From Candidatus Levyibacteriota bacterium (lineage in GTDB: Bacteria > Patescibacteriota > Microgenomatia > Levybacterales > UBA12049): a stretch of DNA of 55,973 nt. The position numbers and the translations under genes were made by a program. The stretch is from contig JACOXU010000003.1 of NCBI GenBank assembly GCA_016182185.1, forward strand, positions 1 to 55,973. The letters run 5' to 3'. A model generated the notes under the pieces. The model was not told where the DNA came from and made no database searches. It saw only the letters and a list, made by a program, of their open reading frames with translations. Positions 1-11,830 of this stretch are shown here, in pieces (within the stretch, counting starts at the first letter, position 1; each line of letters starts with the position of its first letter).

Positions 1-132
1 TCTTATCTGCTCAAGCGGATTTACTCCGACCAGAAGGACTGCTGCCAGAATTCCTAAGATTGCTATGACGACGAGAAGTTCGATGAGGGTGAAGCCTTTT
101 TGGTTTCTTAAATAATCTCGGACAGATTTCAT
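1..132 (-). CDS. type IV pilin-like protein, N-terminal part only (gene runs off the left window edge)
   Basis: Reverse-strand ATG at 132..130. Translation MKSVRDYLRNQKGFTLIELLVVIAILGILAAVLLVGVNPLEQIR shows the prepilin cleavage/methylation motif (G|FTLIE) plus a hydrophobic helix. Lies directly downstream of pilB-pilT-pilC. Confidence 0.8.
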   Translation of the reverse strand, partial: MKSVRDYLRNQKGFTLIELLVVIAILGILAAVLLVGVNPLEQIR

Positions 133-142
133 GTATATATTA

Positions 143-171
143 AGTAGAACATAATAAAAATCAGTTGTCAA
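143..171 (-). promoter_or_regulatory. candidate sigma70-type promoter of the pilin gene
   Basis: On the minus strand: TTGACA (171..166), 17-nt spacer, TCTACT (148..143), then 10 nt to the ATG at 132. Confidence 0.35.
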
Positions 172-205
172 GAGGGTAAAATAGCCTCAAAATCACAAGA
201 TTCGA

Positions 206-1411
206 CTATTTTATTTCCGTAATGATACTATAAATTGGAGTGATTACCGAGATGAGAAGAAATGCGACTCCCGCACCAAGAACCACCATTATAAAAGGCT
301 CAAGAGCCGTAGTGAGAGTTCTTAAAATCTGATCGGATTCTCTTTCGAAGTATTCAGATGCTTTTGCCAGAGTTTCGTCAATTTTTCCCGTTTCCTCACC
401 TACTTTTACCAACTGGACAAGAAGAGGAGGGAAAAGCGTATATGTTTCCATAGCATCTCCGATTTTTATTCCGTTTTCCACTCTTTTGGCTACATCTTTT
501 ATGGCATTCTTATAATAAATATTTCCGATTGTATCTGCTGTCTGAAGAAGAGAGTCAACCACCAAAGATCCTGAGCCAATAAGAAGCCCGAGCGTCCTTG
601 AGGCTTCTGCCAGTGTAACCTTGACAACAAGATTACCGAATATCGGCATTTTAAGCATAAGGTTGTCTATGACAAGTCTTCCTGTTTCTGTTTTATACCA
701 ACGGTTGTATAAAAAAATACCAAGGGCTCCTAGTCCTAGGATAAACGGCCAAAAAGCGATAGTGATGTTAGACATTACAATAACGATCTGAGTCGGAAGA
801 GGAAGTGAAACATTTAAACTTACATATAGATTTTTAAGCTGGGGTATTACAACAGTCATCATAATTATAACAACTCCGATCATCATAAGAACTATAATTG
901 CAGGATAGACCAAGGCCGCCTTAATTGTGCTCTTTAATTTTTCTTGTTTTTCCAAGTTATCAGCAAGTCTTTCAAGCGCTTTGTCCATGAGTCCTGAAGT
1001 TTCTGATGCTTTTATAATTGAAACGTAAACTGGAGAAAAAAAATCAGGAAATTTAGTGAGTGATTCTGAAAATGTTTTTCCCTCTTCAATATCGGCAACG
1101 ATACTGCCTACCACCTCAACCATTGCCTCGTTTTTAAGCTGCTCTCTGAGGATCGAAAGAGATCTTACCAGCGTAAGACCCGATGAGATCATCGATGCCA
1201 GCTGACGGGTGAATAAAATTAAATCGGATGACTTAAGCTTGCTTACAAAAGGCAGAATCTTGAGCATGCTATTCTCCGTATTTTTGGTAATCCGGATTGG
1301 AACAAGCTCTTTTTGCCGAAGATATGAAGCAGCTTCTGTAATATCATTTGCGTCAACAAGCCCCTGAATAACTTTATTTTCCTTGCTTATTGCTTTATAG
1401 CGAAGTCTCAT
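206..1411 (-). CDS. pilC: type IV pilus assembly platform protein PilC (GspF/T2SS-F family)
   Basis: 401-aa polytopic membrane protein with a duplicated T2SS-F-like architecture. Sits in an operon with the PilB/PilT ATPases and the pilin. Confidence 0.85.
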   Translation of the reverse strand: MRLRYKAISKENKVIQGLVDANDITEAASYLRQKELVPIRITKNTENSMLKILPFVSKLKSSDLILFTRQLASMISSGLTLVRSLSILREQLKNEAMVEVVGSIVADIEEGKTFSESLTKFPDFFSPVYVSIIKASETSGLMDKALERLADNLEKQEKLKSTIKAALVYPAIIVLMMIGVVIIMMTVVIPQLKNLYVSLNVSLPLPTQIVIVMSNITIAFWPFILGLGALGIFLYNRWYKTETGRLVIDNLMLKMPIFGNLVVKVTLAEASRTLGLLIGSGSLVVDSLLQTADTIGNIYYKNAIKDVAKRVENGIKIGDAMETYTLFPPLLVQLVKVGEETGKIDETLAKASEYFERESDQILRTLTTALEPFIMVVLGAGVAFLLISVITPIYSIITEIK

Positions 1412-1414
1412 ATA

Positions 1415-2482
1415 TCAGCCAACCAGCCTTTGAAGTTCTTCCTGACGAAGCGCATAGCTCTTGGCTGTTTCAAGACTAATGCTTCCTGAAAGAACAAGAG
1501 ATGCAAGCGATTGTTCAAAGGGTATCATTCCTTGATCTTGAGAGTTCTGAATAATCGAGTCAATAAGATGAGTCTTACCATCTCTTACATTACTTGCTAC
1601 TGCTGATGTCCCAATAAGAAGCTCAACCGCAGGAATTCTGCCTCCGCTGATTCGTGGAAGTAATCTTTGTGAAATAATTCCTTTAAGAGTTGAGGCAAGC
1701 TGAACCCTAATTTGCGCTTGCTGGTTTGCTGGAAAAGAATCGATAATTCTATCAATGCTTTGTGAAGCAGAATTAGTATGAAGGGTAGAAAAGACCAAAT
1801 GGCCGGTTTCTGCAATCGTAATAGCAGAAGAAATTGTTTCAGGATCTCTCATCTCGCCTACCAAAACTACATCTGGATCTTCGCGTAAAGCAGATCGAAG
1901 CGACAGACTCCAGGAGTTTGTATCAAGCCCCATTTCACGCTGGGAGATAAGACTTTTTCCCGTAGGATAAACGTATTCAATCGGATCTTCAATCGTTAGG
2001 ATATGCACATTTTTGTTCAAGTTTATTTCATTTATTATTGCGGCAAGCGTGGTTGATTTTCCGTGGCCAGTTGGGCCAGTGACGAGGATAAATCCCTGCT
2101 TAAGTTCTGCAAAATTATGAATAATCTTAGGCATATTCAGTTCTTCCAAAGTTCTAATCTTGGGTTCTAGATATCGAAATTCGGCTGAGATATTTCCTCT
2201 CTGATAATAAATGTTTGCTCTAAATCTGCCCAAATCCCCATAAGCGCCCCCCCCGAAACCGAAAGAAAAATCAAGCTCTTTCTGGTTGAGAAAAATTTCT
2301 TTAAGCTTGGGAGAAACAAGGGAAAAAACCATCATCTCAACATTTTCTCTTGTCAAAACTGGAAAGTTTGTTAGATATGCTAACGCACCATCAACCCGTA
2401 TGGCTGGATGCACGCCGGGCAGTAAATGAAGATCAGATGCTTTATTTGTAATGGTCAGTTGTAAAAGCTGTTGAATATCCAT
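1415..2482 (-). CDS. pilT: twitching-motility retraction ATPase PilT
   Basis: 355 aa. Walker A GPTGHGKST, Walker B/Asp box VLVGEMRD, His box GHLVFSTLHT. Size is typical of PilT. Confidence 0.85.
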   Translation of the reverse strand: MDIQQLLQLTITNKASDLHLLPGVHPAIRVDGALAYLTNFPVLTRENVEMMVFSLVSPKLKEIFLNQKELDFSFGFGGGAYGDLGRFRANIYYQRGNISAEFRYLEPKIRTLEELNMPKIIHNFAELKQGFILVTGPTGHGKSTTLAAIINEINLNKNVHILTIEDPIEYVYPTGKSLISQREMGLDTNSWSLSLRSALREDPDVVLVGEMRDPETISSAITIAETGHLVFSTLHTNSASQSIDRIIDSFPANQQAQIRVQLASTLKGIISQRLLPRISGGRIPAVELLIGTSAVASNVRDGKTHLIDSIIQNSQDQGMIPFEQSLASLVLSGSISLETAKSYALRQEELQRLVG

Positions 2483-2596
2483 GTATTCTAATTTCTAAAT
2501 CCTAATTTCTAATTATTCTAAATAAATCCTAAAATCCAAATCCCAATTTATAAACTGTTTAGACATTAGATCAATTAGATTAATTAGGTCAATTTC
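2483..2596. repeat. palindromic CTAAT/ATTAG-word intergenic repeat, ORF-less copy A
   Basis: Left arm has ctaatttctaa.../tctaattattctaa, centre has caaatcccaatt, right arm has attagatcaattag/aattaggtcaatt. Shares 12-14-nt exact blocks with 53314..53390, 53754..53790 and 31530..31647. Confidence 0.7.
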
Positions 2597-4327
2597 TCAT
2601 TCTTGTGCTACTCTTATTACCTCCTCTGGAGTCGTAAGTCCTTGCAAAACCTTTAAATAACCATCCTGCTTCATCGTAATCATTCCCTCCACAACTGCCT
2701 CTTTTTCAACAGTCTGAAGATCTGGCCTATCTAAGATTAGATTAGCAACTTTAGTTGTAACAGGCAATACCTCAAAAATTCCGACTCTCCCTAAATATCC
2801 GGAATTCCCACATTTTTCACATCCTTTTCCTTTATAAATACTGGGCTGGTTATTTCCTGAAGGATACAGCCGGCCCAAAACTGTTCTCATTTCATCGACG
2901 ATCGGTTTAAGCGGTGCAATTGCAATTTTGCAATATGAGCATATTTTTCTGACAATTCTTTGCCCGACTATTGCATTCATGGTTGATGCGAGTAAAAAGG
3001 GCTCTGCTCCTAGATCAATCAGACGTGGAAGTGCGCCGGCTGCATTTGATGTATGAAGAGTCGAAAAAACCAAATGACCGGTAAGAGACGCTTGAATTGC
3101 AAGCTCTGTAGTTTCCTTATCTCTTATCTCTCCGACGAGAATAATATTCGGATCTTGACGAAGAAATGATCGAAGTCCTGTCGCAAAAGTAAGCCCAACA
3201 GCCGGGTTAATCTGCACTTGGTTTACTCCATTCATTTGGTACTCGACTGGATCTTCAAGTGTCATTATGTTTACACGAGTCGTATTGAGTTTCTGAAGAA
3301 CTGCATAAAGAGTAGTAGTTTTACCGCTTCCGGTTGGTCCGCAAACGATTATGATTCCATGGGGCCTCAATATGCCTGCCTCCAAATTTTTAAGAGACAC
3401 TCCATCTAGGCCCAAATCCTGAAGCGTTGGTATCCCTCCTGATTTTTGAAGAAGTCTCATGGCTACTTTTTCACCAAAAACAGTCGGCATGACTGAAATA
3501 CGAAGATCTACCTCATTGATTTCCACCTTAAAATTAAATCGCCCGTCTTGAGGCGTACGATGTTCGTCAATTTTCATGTCTGAAAGAATCTTTATGCGGG
3601 ATATTACTGCCTCTTGCACTGTCTTGGGAAGACTTAATCTATCATATAAAATTCCATCTATTCTGTATCTTACTCTTATTCTATCTCCCTGAGGCTCGAT
3701 ATGAACATCTGAGGCCCTGCTTGAGACTGCATACTCAAGAATTGTAGAAACTATCTTGGCAATTGGCGCTTCCTTAATAATTTCGGCAATTTGACGGCTG
3801 TCAATAGTTTTTGTTTTGGTCAATTCTTGGTTTTCCTTAATTGCTTCACCTACTTCGCCGATTATTTCCTGTCTATATTGCTGGGTGATTGCCCGAGTTA
3901 TATCTTCTTGAGAGGCTGCAAACGTTTTAATATTTAATCCAGTTTTTTGTCTTACGAATTGAGAGGCTTCCAAATCAACAGGATTTGCCATCGCAACCGA
4001 AAGCGTTTTTGTTTTATCATCATAAAGAAAGGGGATTAAATTAAATCTTTCAGCAACTGATCTGGGAACAAATCCTAACGCATCAGGTGAAAATGAGGCA
4101 CTTGCAAGAGAGATAAAAGGAATTCCCAATAGTCTTGCCTTGATTTCAGCAATCTTCTCAATCGGAACTAAATTCAAATTAAGAAGAACGTCTTCATATG
4201 ATTTTCCTTCACTAGCACTTTTTACCTTGATATCATTGTATTGCTCGGGGGTAATTAGACGCTCTGACAGAAGAATGTCAATAAGAGTTTTATTTCCTGA
4301 AAAATCATCGATTGCTTGGGCAGACAT
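2597..4327 (-). CDS. pilB: type IV pilus assembly (extension) ATPase PilB/GspE
   Basis: 576 aa. Has an N-terminal GspE-N-like domain, Walker A GPTGSGKTTT, VGEIRD, GHLVFSTLHT, and the tetracysteine CSYC...CEKCGNSG. Confidence 0.9.
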   Translation of the reverse strand: MSAQAIDDFSGNKTLIDILLSERLITPEQYNDIKVKSASEGKSYEDVLLNLNLVPIEKIAEIKARLLGIPFISLASASFSPDALGFVPRSVAERFNLIPFLYDDKTKTLSVAMANPVDLEASQFVRQKTGLNIKTFAASQEDITRAITQQYRQEIIGEVGEAIKENQELTKTKTIDSRQIAEIIKEAPIAKIVSTILEYAVSSRASDVHIEPQGDRIRVRYRIDGILYDRLSLPKTVQEAVISRIKILSDMKIDEHRTPQDGRFNFKVEINEVDLRISVMPTVFGEKVAMRLLQKSGGIPTLQDLGLDGVSLKNLEAGILRPHGIIIVCGPTGSGKTTTLYAVLQKLNTTRVNIMTLEDPVEYQMNGVNQVQINPAVGLTFATGLRSFLRQDPNIILVGEIRDKETTELAIQASLTGHLVFSTLHTSNAAGALPRLIDLGAEPFLLASTMNAIVGQRIVRKICSYCKIAIAPLKPIVDEMRTVLGRLYPSGNNQPSIYKGKGCEKCGNSGYLGRVGIFEVLPVTTKVANLILDRPDLQTVEKEAVVEGMITMKQDGYLKVLQGLTTPEEVIRVAQE

Positions 4328-4368
4328 TAGTTCTATAGTAAGAAAAAATAAGCTATAATGTCAAGGAT

Positions 4369-5043
4369 ATGCAGTCAATTTTAATAGTTTCAAAAAATAA
4401 AACAAGCGCTCTTGAAAAAGCAATTTATATCTGTAAAGAAAACAAAATTGCAGATATAGATACAAATGTTGAGAATTTCGATAAGTCAGTTGGAATTGAA
4501 GATATCAGAAACATGCAAAAAAAACTATTTTTGAAACCAATCAAAAGCAATATTAAATCTATAATAATAAATTCTTTTCCTGGAATTACTATCGAAAGCC
4601 AAAATGCATTACTTAAAGTGCTTGAGGAACCTCCTCTCAATACTATTATGTTGATAATTACCGAAAATAAGAATCTATTTCTTTCAACTATTCTTTCAAG
4701 ATGTAAAATAATTGAGGTCAAGGAAAAAATTCAATTTTCAGACGAGGAAGTCTTAAATTATCAGAAAGATTTTAAAGAAATTTTGGAGGCAGGACTAGGA
4801 AAAAGACTTAAACTTGCACAAGATTTTGGCCAAAGCAAGGAAGAAGCGATAACGTGGCTCGAGCAAATGTTAATTACGATTAGAAAAACGATGATTGATA
4901 AAATAATTTCTTCAAAGGGAAATGAAAGTGATGGAACTTTTTACTTAAATATTCTTAAAAACTTTCAAAAAACCCATACAATAATTAAGACTAGCAATGT
5001 GAATCAGCGGTTCGCCCTTGAAAATCTATTTTTGCAGATATAA
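4369..5043 (+). CDS. holB: DNA polymerase III delta-prime-like subunit (short form)
   Basis: 224 aa. The LLKVLEEPP motif and following TILSRC motif are characteristic of clamp-loader delta-prime. TATAAT at 4354..4359 lies 9 nt before the ATG. Confidence 0.6.
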   Translation: MQSILIVSKNKTSALEKAIYICKENKIADIDTNVENFDKSVGIEDIRNMQKKLFLKPIKSNIKSIIINSFPGITIESQNALLKVLEEPPLNTIMLIITENKNLFLSTILSRCKIIEVKEKIQFSDEEVLNYQKDFKEILEAGLGKRLKLAQDFGQSKEEAITWLEQMLITIRKTMIDKIISSKGNESDGTFYLNILKNFQKTHTIIKTSNVNQRFALENLFLQI

Positions 5044-5045
5044 TC

Positions 5046-6317
5046 ATGTTTTCTGAATTTAAAAAAACACTTTATTTCCCATTTGCTTATTATTTCAGGT
5101 TTTTTGCCAAAATAAGGCTTTCGTTTTGGCAACCAAAAACTATCGTAATCACCGGATCAAGCGGAAAAACTACACTTCTTAATCTTGTCGAATCCCAAGT
5201 TGGAGAAAAAGCAAGATATAGTCATCATGCAAATAGCTCGTATGGAATTCCGTTTAATATTCTTGGACTTACACGCAGGACTCTTTCTCTTTGGGAATGG
5301 CCAGTTTTATTCGCTCTTGCCCCCCTTAAAACTTTAGGCTCTTTTCCTAAGAAAAAGATATATGTAGTCGAGGCGGATTGCGACAGACCGGGGGAAGGTA
5401 AATTTTTGGCAACTTTACTTAAGCCCGAAATTACTCTTTGGACCAATTCTACTAAAACACACAGTATGAATTTCGATATTCTGATAAAAAATGGAAAATT
5501 TAAAAGCGTCGAAGACGCGATTGGATACGAATATGGATACTTTCTTGAGTATACATCAAACCTAGTAATTGTAAACAGTGATTCCGAGACAATTAGAAAT
5601 GAACTTTCAAGAACAGCGGTCAAAAAAGAATTAGTTAAAATTTCAGAACTTACCTCTTATTCTGCAACTTTGGAAAAAACAGAGTTTAAAACTAAAAACC
5701 ATTTTTTTAAATTTAACTTTTTACTGCCAAAAGATTTTTTCTATTCACTTGTCATGTGTTCGAAGCTCCTTACTATTTTAAAAATTCCAAAAGATCGTAC
5801 ATTTAAGAAATTTAAGCTTCCACCGGGCAGAAACAGTGTTTTTAGGGGAATTAAAAATACTACTATTATAGACAGCAGCTATAATGCCAATCTTGATTCA
5901 ATGACTGTAATTTTGGAGATGTTTGATAATTTAGACTCAAATAATAAATGGGTGGTGTTGGGAGACATGCTTGAACAGGGACAAAGCGAACAAGAAGAAC
6001 ATGAAAAATTAGCAGATATAATATTAAAAATGAAACTTAAAAAAATTATTTTGATGGGACCAAGGGTTTCTGAATTTACATTTCCAAAATTGAAAAATCA
6101 AACAGACAAAAAAATAGAAATTGAAAAATTCTCAGGGCCTAAAGAAGCTCTTGACTACATTAAAAAAAATATTAACGGGGAAGAACTTATACTTTTTAAA
6201 GGTGCGAGATTTTTGGAAGGAGTCGTGGAAAATCTTCTTCTGCATAAATCTGATTCAATAAATCTTTGCAGAAGAGAAAAAGTTTGGCAAGAAAGAAGAA
6301 AGAAATTCGGTCTATGA
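5046..6317 (+). CDS. Mur ligase family protein, MurF-like
   Basis: 423 aa. P-loop ITGSSGKTT and DSSYNAN motif as in UDP-MurNAc-pentapeptide synthetase. The substrate cannot be determined by eye. Confidence 0.6.
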   Translation: MFSEFKKTLYFPFAYYFRFFAKIRLSFWQPKTIVITGSSGKTTLLNLVESQVGEKARYSHHANSSYGIPFNILGLTRRTLSLWEWPVLFALAPLKTLGSFPKKKIYVVEADCDRPGEGKFLATLLKPEITLWTNSTKTHSMNFDILIKNGKFKSVEDAIGYEYGYFLEYTSNLVIVNSDSETIRNELSRTAVKKELVKISELTSYSATLEKTEFKTKNHFFKFNFLLPKDFFYSLVMCSKLLTILKIPKDRTFKKFKLPPGRNSVFRGIKNTTIIDSSYNANLDSMTVILEMFDNLDSNNKWVVLGDMLEQGQSEQEEHEKLADIILKMKLKKIILMGPRVSEFTFPKLKNQTDKKIEIEKFSGPKEALDYIKKNINGEELILFKGARFLEGVVENLLLHKSDSINLCRREKVWQERRKKFGL

Positions 6318-7024
6318 AAAATTCAAAACCTAAAATTTTCATTTTACATGGATGGACATATTCAAAAGACAGATGGAATTCATTCCTGTCGCTTTTAAAA
6401 TCAAAAGGGCTCAACCCCTATTTGCTTTCAATTCCCGGTTTGACAGGTGAAATAAATAAACCCTGGACTATTGATGATTATATTAAATGGTTGCTTCAAA
6501 CGCTAAAAGAAGAAGAAAAGGTTATATTAATCTGCCATTCAAACGGAGGCAGGATCGCCCTAAACTTTGTCGGAAAATATCCTGAAAAAACAGAAGAGCT
6601 AATACTGATTGATAGTGCTGGAATTTACCATAATGATATTTATATTAAATTGAAAAGAAATATCTTTTTGTTTTTCGCCAAAGTTGGTAAGAAAATTATT
6701 CCTTTTGATATTGCGCAAAAACTTCTTTATTCTCTAACAGGGGAAAAAGACTATTTCTCTGCAAATCAAAATATGAAAAAAACTATGGTAAATTTACTTC
6801 AATCTGATAAGTCTTTGAATTTAAGCAAAACTTCAGTTCCGACACTTATTATTTGGGGAAGGGAAGATGACATAACTCCCTTATCCGATGGGGAATTATT
6901 AAATAATAAAATAGTCAATAGTAAATTGTTCGTTGTCAATGGCGCCAAACATTCACCTCAATTTACTCACTCAGAAGAAGTCGTAAATATTATTACTGAA
7001 CAGCTGAATAAAATAACAACGTAA
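6314..7024 (+). CDS. alpha/beta-fold hydrolase
   Basis: Start moved to ATG 6314 (ATGA overlap with the upstream stop). Begins MKNSKPKIFILHGW, with nucleophile-elbow-like CHSNGG and a C-terminal GAKHSP His region. Confidence 0.6.
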   Translation: MKNSKPKIFILHGWTYSKDRWNSFLSLLKSKGLNPYLLSIPGLTGEINKPWTIDDYIKWLLQTLKEEEKVILICHSNGGRIALNFVGKYPEKTEELILIDSAGIYHNDIYIKLKRNIFLFFAKVGKKIIPFDIAQKLLYSLTGEKDYFSANQNMKKTMVNLLQSDKSLNLSKTSVPTLIIWGREDDITPLSDGELLNNKIVNSKLFVVNGAKHSPQFTHSEEVVNIITEQLNKITT

Positions 7025-7036
7025 CAATTTCATTTT

Positions 7037-8221
7037 ATGTCTATTTTCAATTCCTTAGGGTCAAACTATGATCTTGGATTTGCCGTAAAAGCATTGTTTA
7101 CATCCGGAAAAGCAAATCTTAAAGGTTCTTTAGAAAAAAAATATAACGGAGAAGCAATTTTACTTTTTAAAGGAAGGCAAGCAATAACTCTTGCGCTTAA
7201 ATTATTAAATCTTCCTACAAATTCTGAAGTTGCGATAAATGGTTTTACCTGCTACGCGGTTTACAAAGCGATTGAAGAAGCTAATCTTATGCCCGTTCTG
7301 ATAGATATTCCGAAAGATGATTTAAATTTCTCAGCAGTTTATCTTGAAAAAAAATTAAAGACCAATCCCAATATTAAAGTCGTCATTGTTCAGAATACCC
7401 TCGGATTTCCCTGTGATATTGAAGCGATATCAAAAATCTGTAAAGAAAAAAACATATTTTTAATAGAGGACTTGGCCCACTGCGCCGGAGCAAAATATGA
7501 AAATGGTGTTGAAGCAGGAAGAGTAGGGAATTTTACAATACTTTCATTTAGCCAGGACAAGATTATTGATGTAGTCTCAGGCGGCGCATTAATAATAAGA
7601 AACAAAAAATATCAAAAAAACTATACTGACTATTTTGAGGAGCCTCCGACAAGAAAAACTTTAACAGATAAATTATATCCGACATTTACATTAATAATTA
7701 GAAGCACCTACGGAATAGGACTTGGTAAGTTTATTCATTCCTTCTTAAAAAACTTGAGCCTGTTGTCTTATCCAATGGACAACAATTTATACAAAATGAC
7801 TTCGCTTCCAAGCTGGTATCAATTGCTTGCGCAAGTAACCCTTTATAATCTTGAAAAGCAAATAAAGCATAGGAAAAAAATTGCAAATATATACAAAGAA
7901 AATATTGATAAATCAATTTTATTAAATTCAGTGACAGACGGTACTGATTTCTCTTCAAATCTTCGATTTCCTATTTTTACGAAAAAAAGAGACGATTTAA
8001 TCAAATTTCTTAAAATATACAATATTTATGTTTCGGATATTTGGTATGATGCTCCGATCGGACCAGTAAGATATATGAACAAAGTAAATTACCAGAATGA
8101 CTGTCCAAATTCTGAAAAAATTTCATCTCTAATCTTAAATCTCCCGACTCATAAAAACGTTTCTATAGAAAAAGCAAAGTTTATTTCAGAAAGGATAAAT
8201 GAATGGCTGGAATCGTTGTAA
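7037..8221 (+). CDS. DegT/DnrJ/EryC1/StrS-family PLP-dependent aminotransferase
   Basis: 394 aa. EDLAHCAGAKY and SFSQDKII (PLP lysine context) are typical of sugar aminotransferases. Confidence 0.7.
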   Translation: MSIFNSLGSNYDLGFAVKALFTSGKANLKGSLEKKYNGEAILLFKGRQAITLALKLLNLPTNSEVAINGFTCYAVYKAIEEANLMPVLIDIPKDDLNFSAVYLEKKLKTNPNIKVVIVQNTLGFPCDIEAISKICKEKNIFLIEDLAHCAGAKYENGVEAGRVGNFTILSFSQDKIIDVVSGGALIIRNKKYQKNYTDYFEEPPTRKTLTDKLYPTFTLIIRSTYGIGLGKFIHSFLKNLSLLSYPMDNNLYKMTSLPSWYQLLAQVTLYNLEKQIKHRKKIANIYKENIDKSILLNSVTDGTDFSSNLRFPIFTKKRDDLIKFLKIYNIYVSDIWYDAPIGPVRYMNKVNYQNDCPNSEKISSLILNLPTHKNVSIEKAKFISERINEWLESL

Positions 8222-9228
8222 AACCTATAATAGATAAGGCAGAATGGGAAAATTTCATGATCAGTCATCCTGAAGGAAATTTTCTTCATTCATGGTGCTG
8301 GGGAGAATTCCATGAAGCATTAGGTAAGCCGGTTCAGAGAACCGGATTTTATAATAATGAAAAGCTGTTGGGCGCAGTTTTGTCTGCCATCGAAGATGCA
8401 AAAAGAGGAAAGTACCTTACTGTTGCGGGGGGTCCGATTATAGAATGGGACGATAAACGATTAGTAAAAACTTTTTTTGATGAAATAAAAAAAATCGCAA
8501 TTTTAAACGATTGCGTTTTTATAAGAATTCGGCCCCAGCTTATCTCAGACAATTTTTCCAAGAATATTTTTAAAGAAAATGGTTTCATAAATGCTCCCAT
8601 GCATCTTCATGCAGAACTGACTTCGCAGCTTGATATAACAAAATCTGAAGAAGAACTTCTAAAAAATATGAGAAAAACGACCCGATACGAAATTAAAAAA
8701 GCCCAATCTCTTAAAATAGAAATTAAAGAAAACACTGATCCTAAAGAAATTAGGCAGTTTTACCAACTGCAAATTCAAACTTCAAAAAGACAGAGATTCG
8801 TTCCATTTTCATATAAATATCTTTACGAACAATTTAAAGAATTTGCAGAAAATAATATGGTTATTTTATACAAGGCGAAAATAAAAAATAAAACTCTCGC
8901 TGAGGCTTTTATAATTTTTTATGGAAAAGAGGCTGTTTATCATTATGGCGCATCAACGGATGATGGGAAAAAATATCCGGGTGCTTATCTGATTCAATGG
9001 AGAGCAATTCAGGAAGCCAAAAAACGCGGGATGACCCGCTATAATTTCTGGGGAGTCTCACCGATTGATAAACCCAAACACAGATTTCACGGCCTGTCAC
9101 TTTTTAAACGAGGTTTTGGCGGGGAAGATGTTGAATATCTCCATGCTCAGGATTATGTGATAAATTACCCCAGATATGCGCTGAATTTTTTCGTCGAAAC
9201 TGTAAGAAAAATAAGACGAAATGTTTGA
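8203..9228 (+). CDS. FemAB-family peptidoglycan interpeptide-bridge peptidyltransferase
   Basis: 341 aa. Has the YHYGAS...YLIQWRAIQEAKKRGMTRYNFWG pattern typical of FemX/MurM-type enzymes. Overlaps the upstream gene by 19 nt. Confidence 0.65.
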   Translation: MAGIVVKPIIDKAEWENFMISHPEGNFLHSWCWGEFHEALGKPVQRTGFYNNEKLLGAVLSAIEDAKRGKYLTVAGGPIIEWDDKRLVKTFFDEIKKIAILNDCVFIRIRPQLISDNFSKNIFKENGFINAPMHLHAELTSQLDITKSEEELLKNMRKTTRYEIKKAQSLKIEIKENTDPKEIRQFYQLQIQTSKRQRFVPFSYKYLYEQFKEFAENNMVILYKAKIKNKTLAEAFIIFYGKEAVYHYGASTDDGKKYPGAYLIQWRAIQEAKKRGMTRYNFWGVSPIDKPKHRFHGLSLFKRGFGGEDVEYLHAQDYVINYPRYALNFFVETVRKIRRNV

Positions 9229-9252
9229 TTTTTACTCTGGAAATTAGTATGA

Positions 9253-11241
<1,989 letters not shown>

Positions 11242-11251
11242 TTTAAGAATT

Positions 11252-11830
11252 ATGATTGATGCAATAGAACAACCGCAGCCAAATCCTAAACTAGTTCCTG
11301 CTCCTGAATTGAGAGAAAGGTATATGGCTGCAGACAAAGGATATTTTAGTTTAGCTGATGAAATAGGTAGTTTAAGCGATGACGATATAACAGATTACAC
11401 TGCTCCATTCATCGCAGGTCTTTTACTATCAAGAAGAATTGAATTTAATTATCTATATAATCATGTTATCGAAGACTTGATTTCCGAAGAGCATGTTGAT
11501 GAAAAAAGTTTAAAATGGGCAAAAGACCATAGAGTATATGTTGGTGAAATACATCAAATATTGATAGATGCAAAAAGAGGTGATTTTACTAGCTTAAAAC
11601 AATTCATTAAAGAGGAATCTGACGTATTTAGCGATATGGAAGCCGACGAAGAAGAAAAACAGCTGGAAGAAAAATGGAAAAGAAACAGTGAGAAATTAGC
11701 GTTAGTTGCCGAAAGGCTACCTAATGGGGGAGATGGATCAACTGTAAAAGCGCCGAGCCCTGCGTGGATGGAAGAACCAACACCTTTGAGAATTCAATTA
11801 CAGATGTTAAAAGAAGGACAAGCGAAATAA
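11252..11830 (+). CDS. hypothetical acidic protein between gyrB and ppa/gyrA
   Basis: 192-aa ORF packed tightly between gyrB (10-nt gap) and ppa (1-nt overlap, TAATG). No recognisable motif. Contains Asp/Glu-rich stretches. Confidence 0.5.
   Translation: MIDAIEQPQPNPKLVPAPELRERYMAADKGYFSLADEIGSLSDDDITDYTAPFIAGLLLSRRIEFNYLYNHVIEDLISEEHVDEKSLKWAKDHRVYVGEIHQILIDAKRGDFTSLKQFIKEESDVFSDMEADEEEKQLEEKWKRNSEKLALVAERLPNGGDGSTVKAPSPAWMEEPTPLRIQLQMLKEGQAK

Noticed and set aside
6266-6313. Long N-terminal extensions in the ORF track (6266, 11764, 16141, 32785, 35691, 36783, 40724, 41161, 18656).
   Set aside because: The extensions overlap upstream genes, promoters or repeats and translate to atypical sequence. 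Internal ATGs give N-termini matching family expectations and typical ATGA/TAATG coupling.
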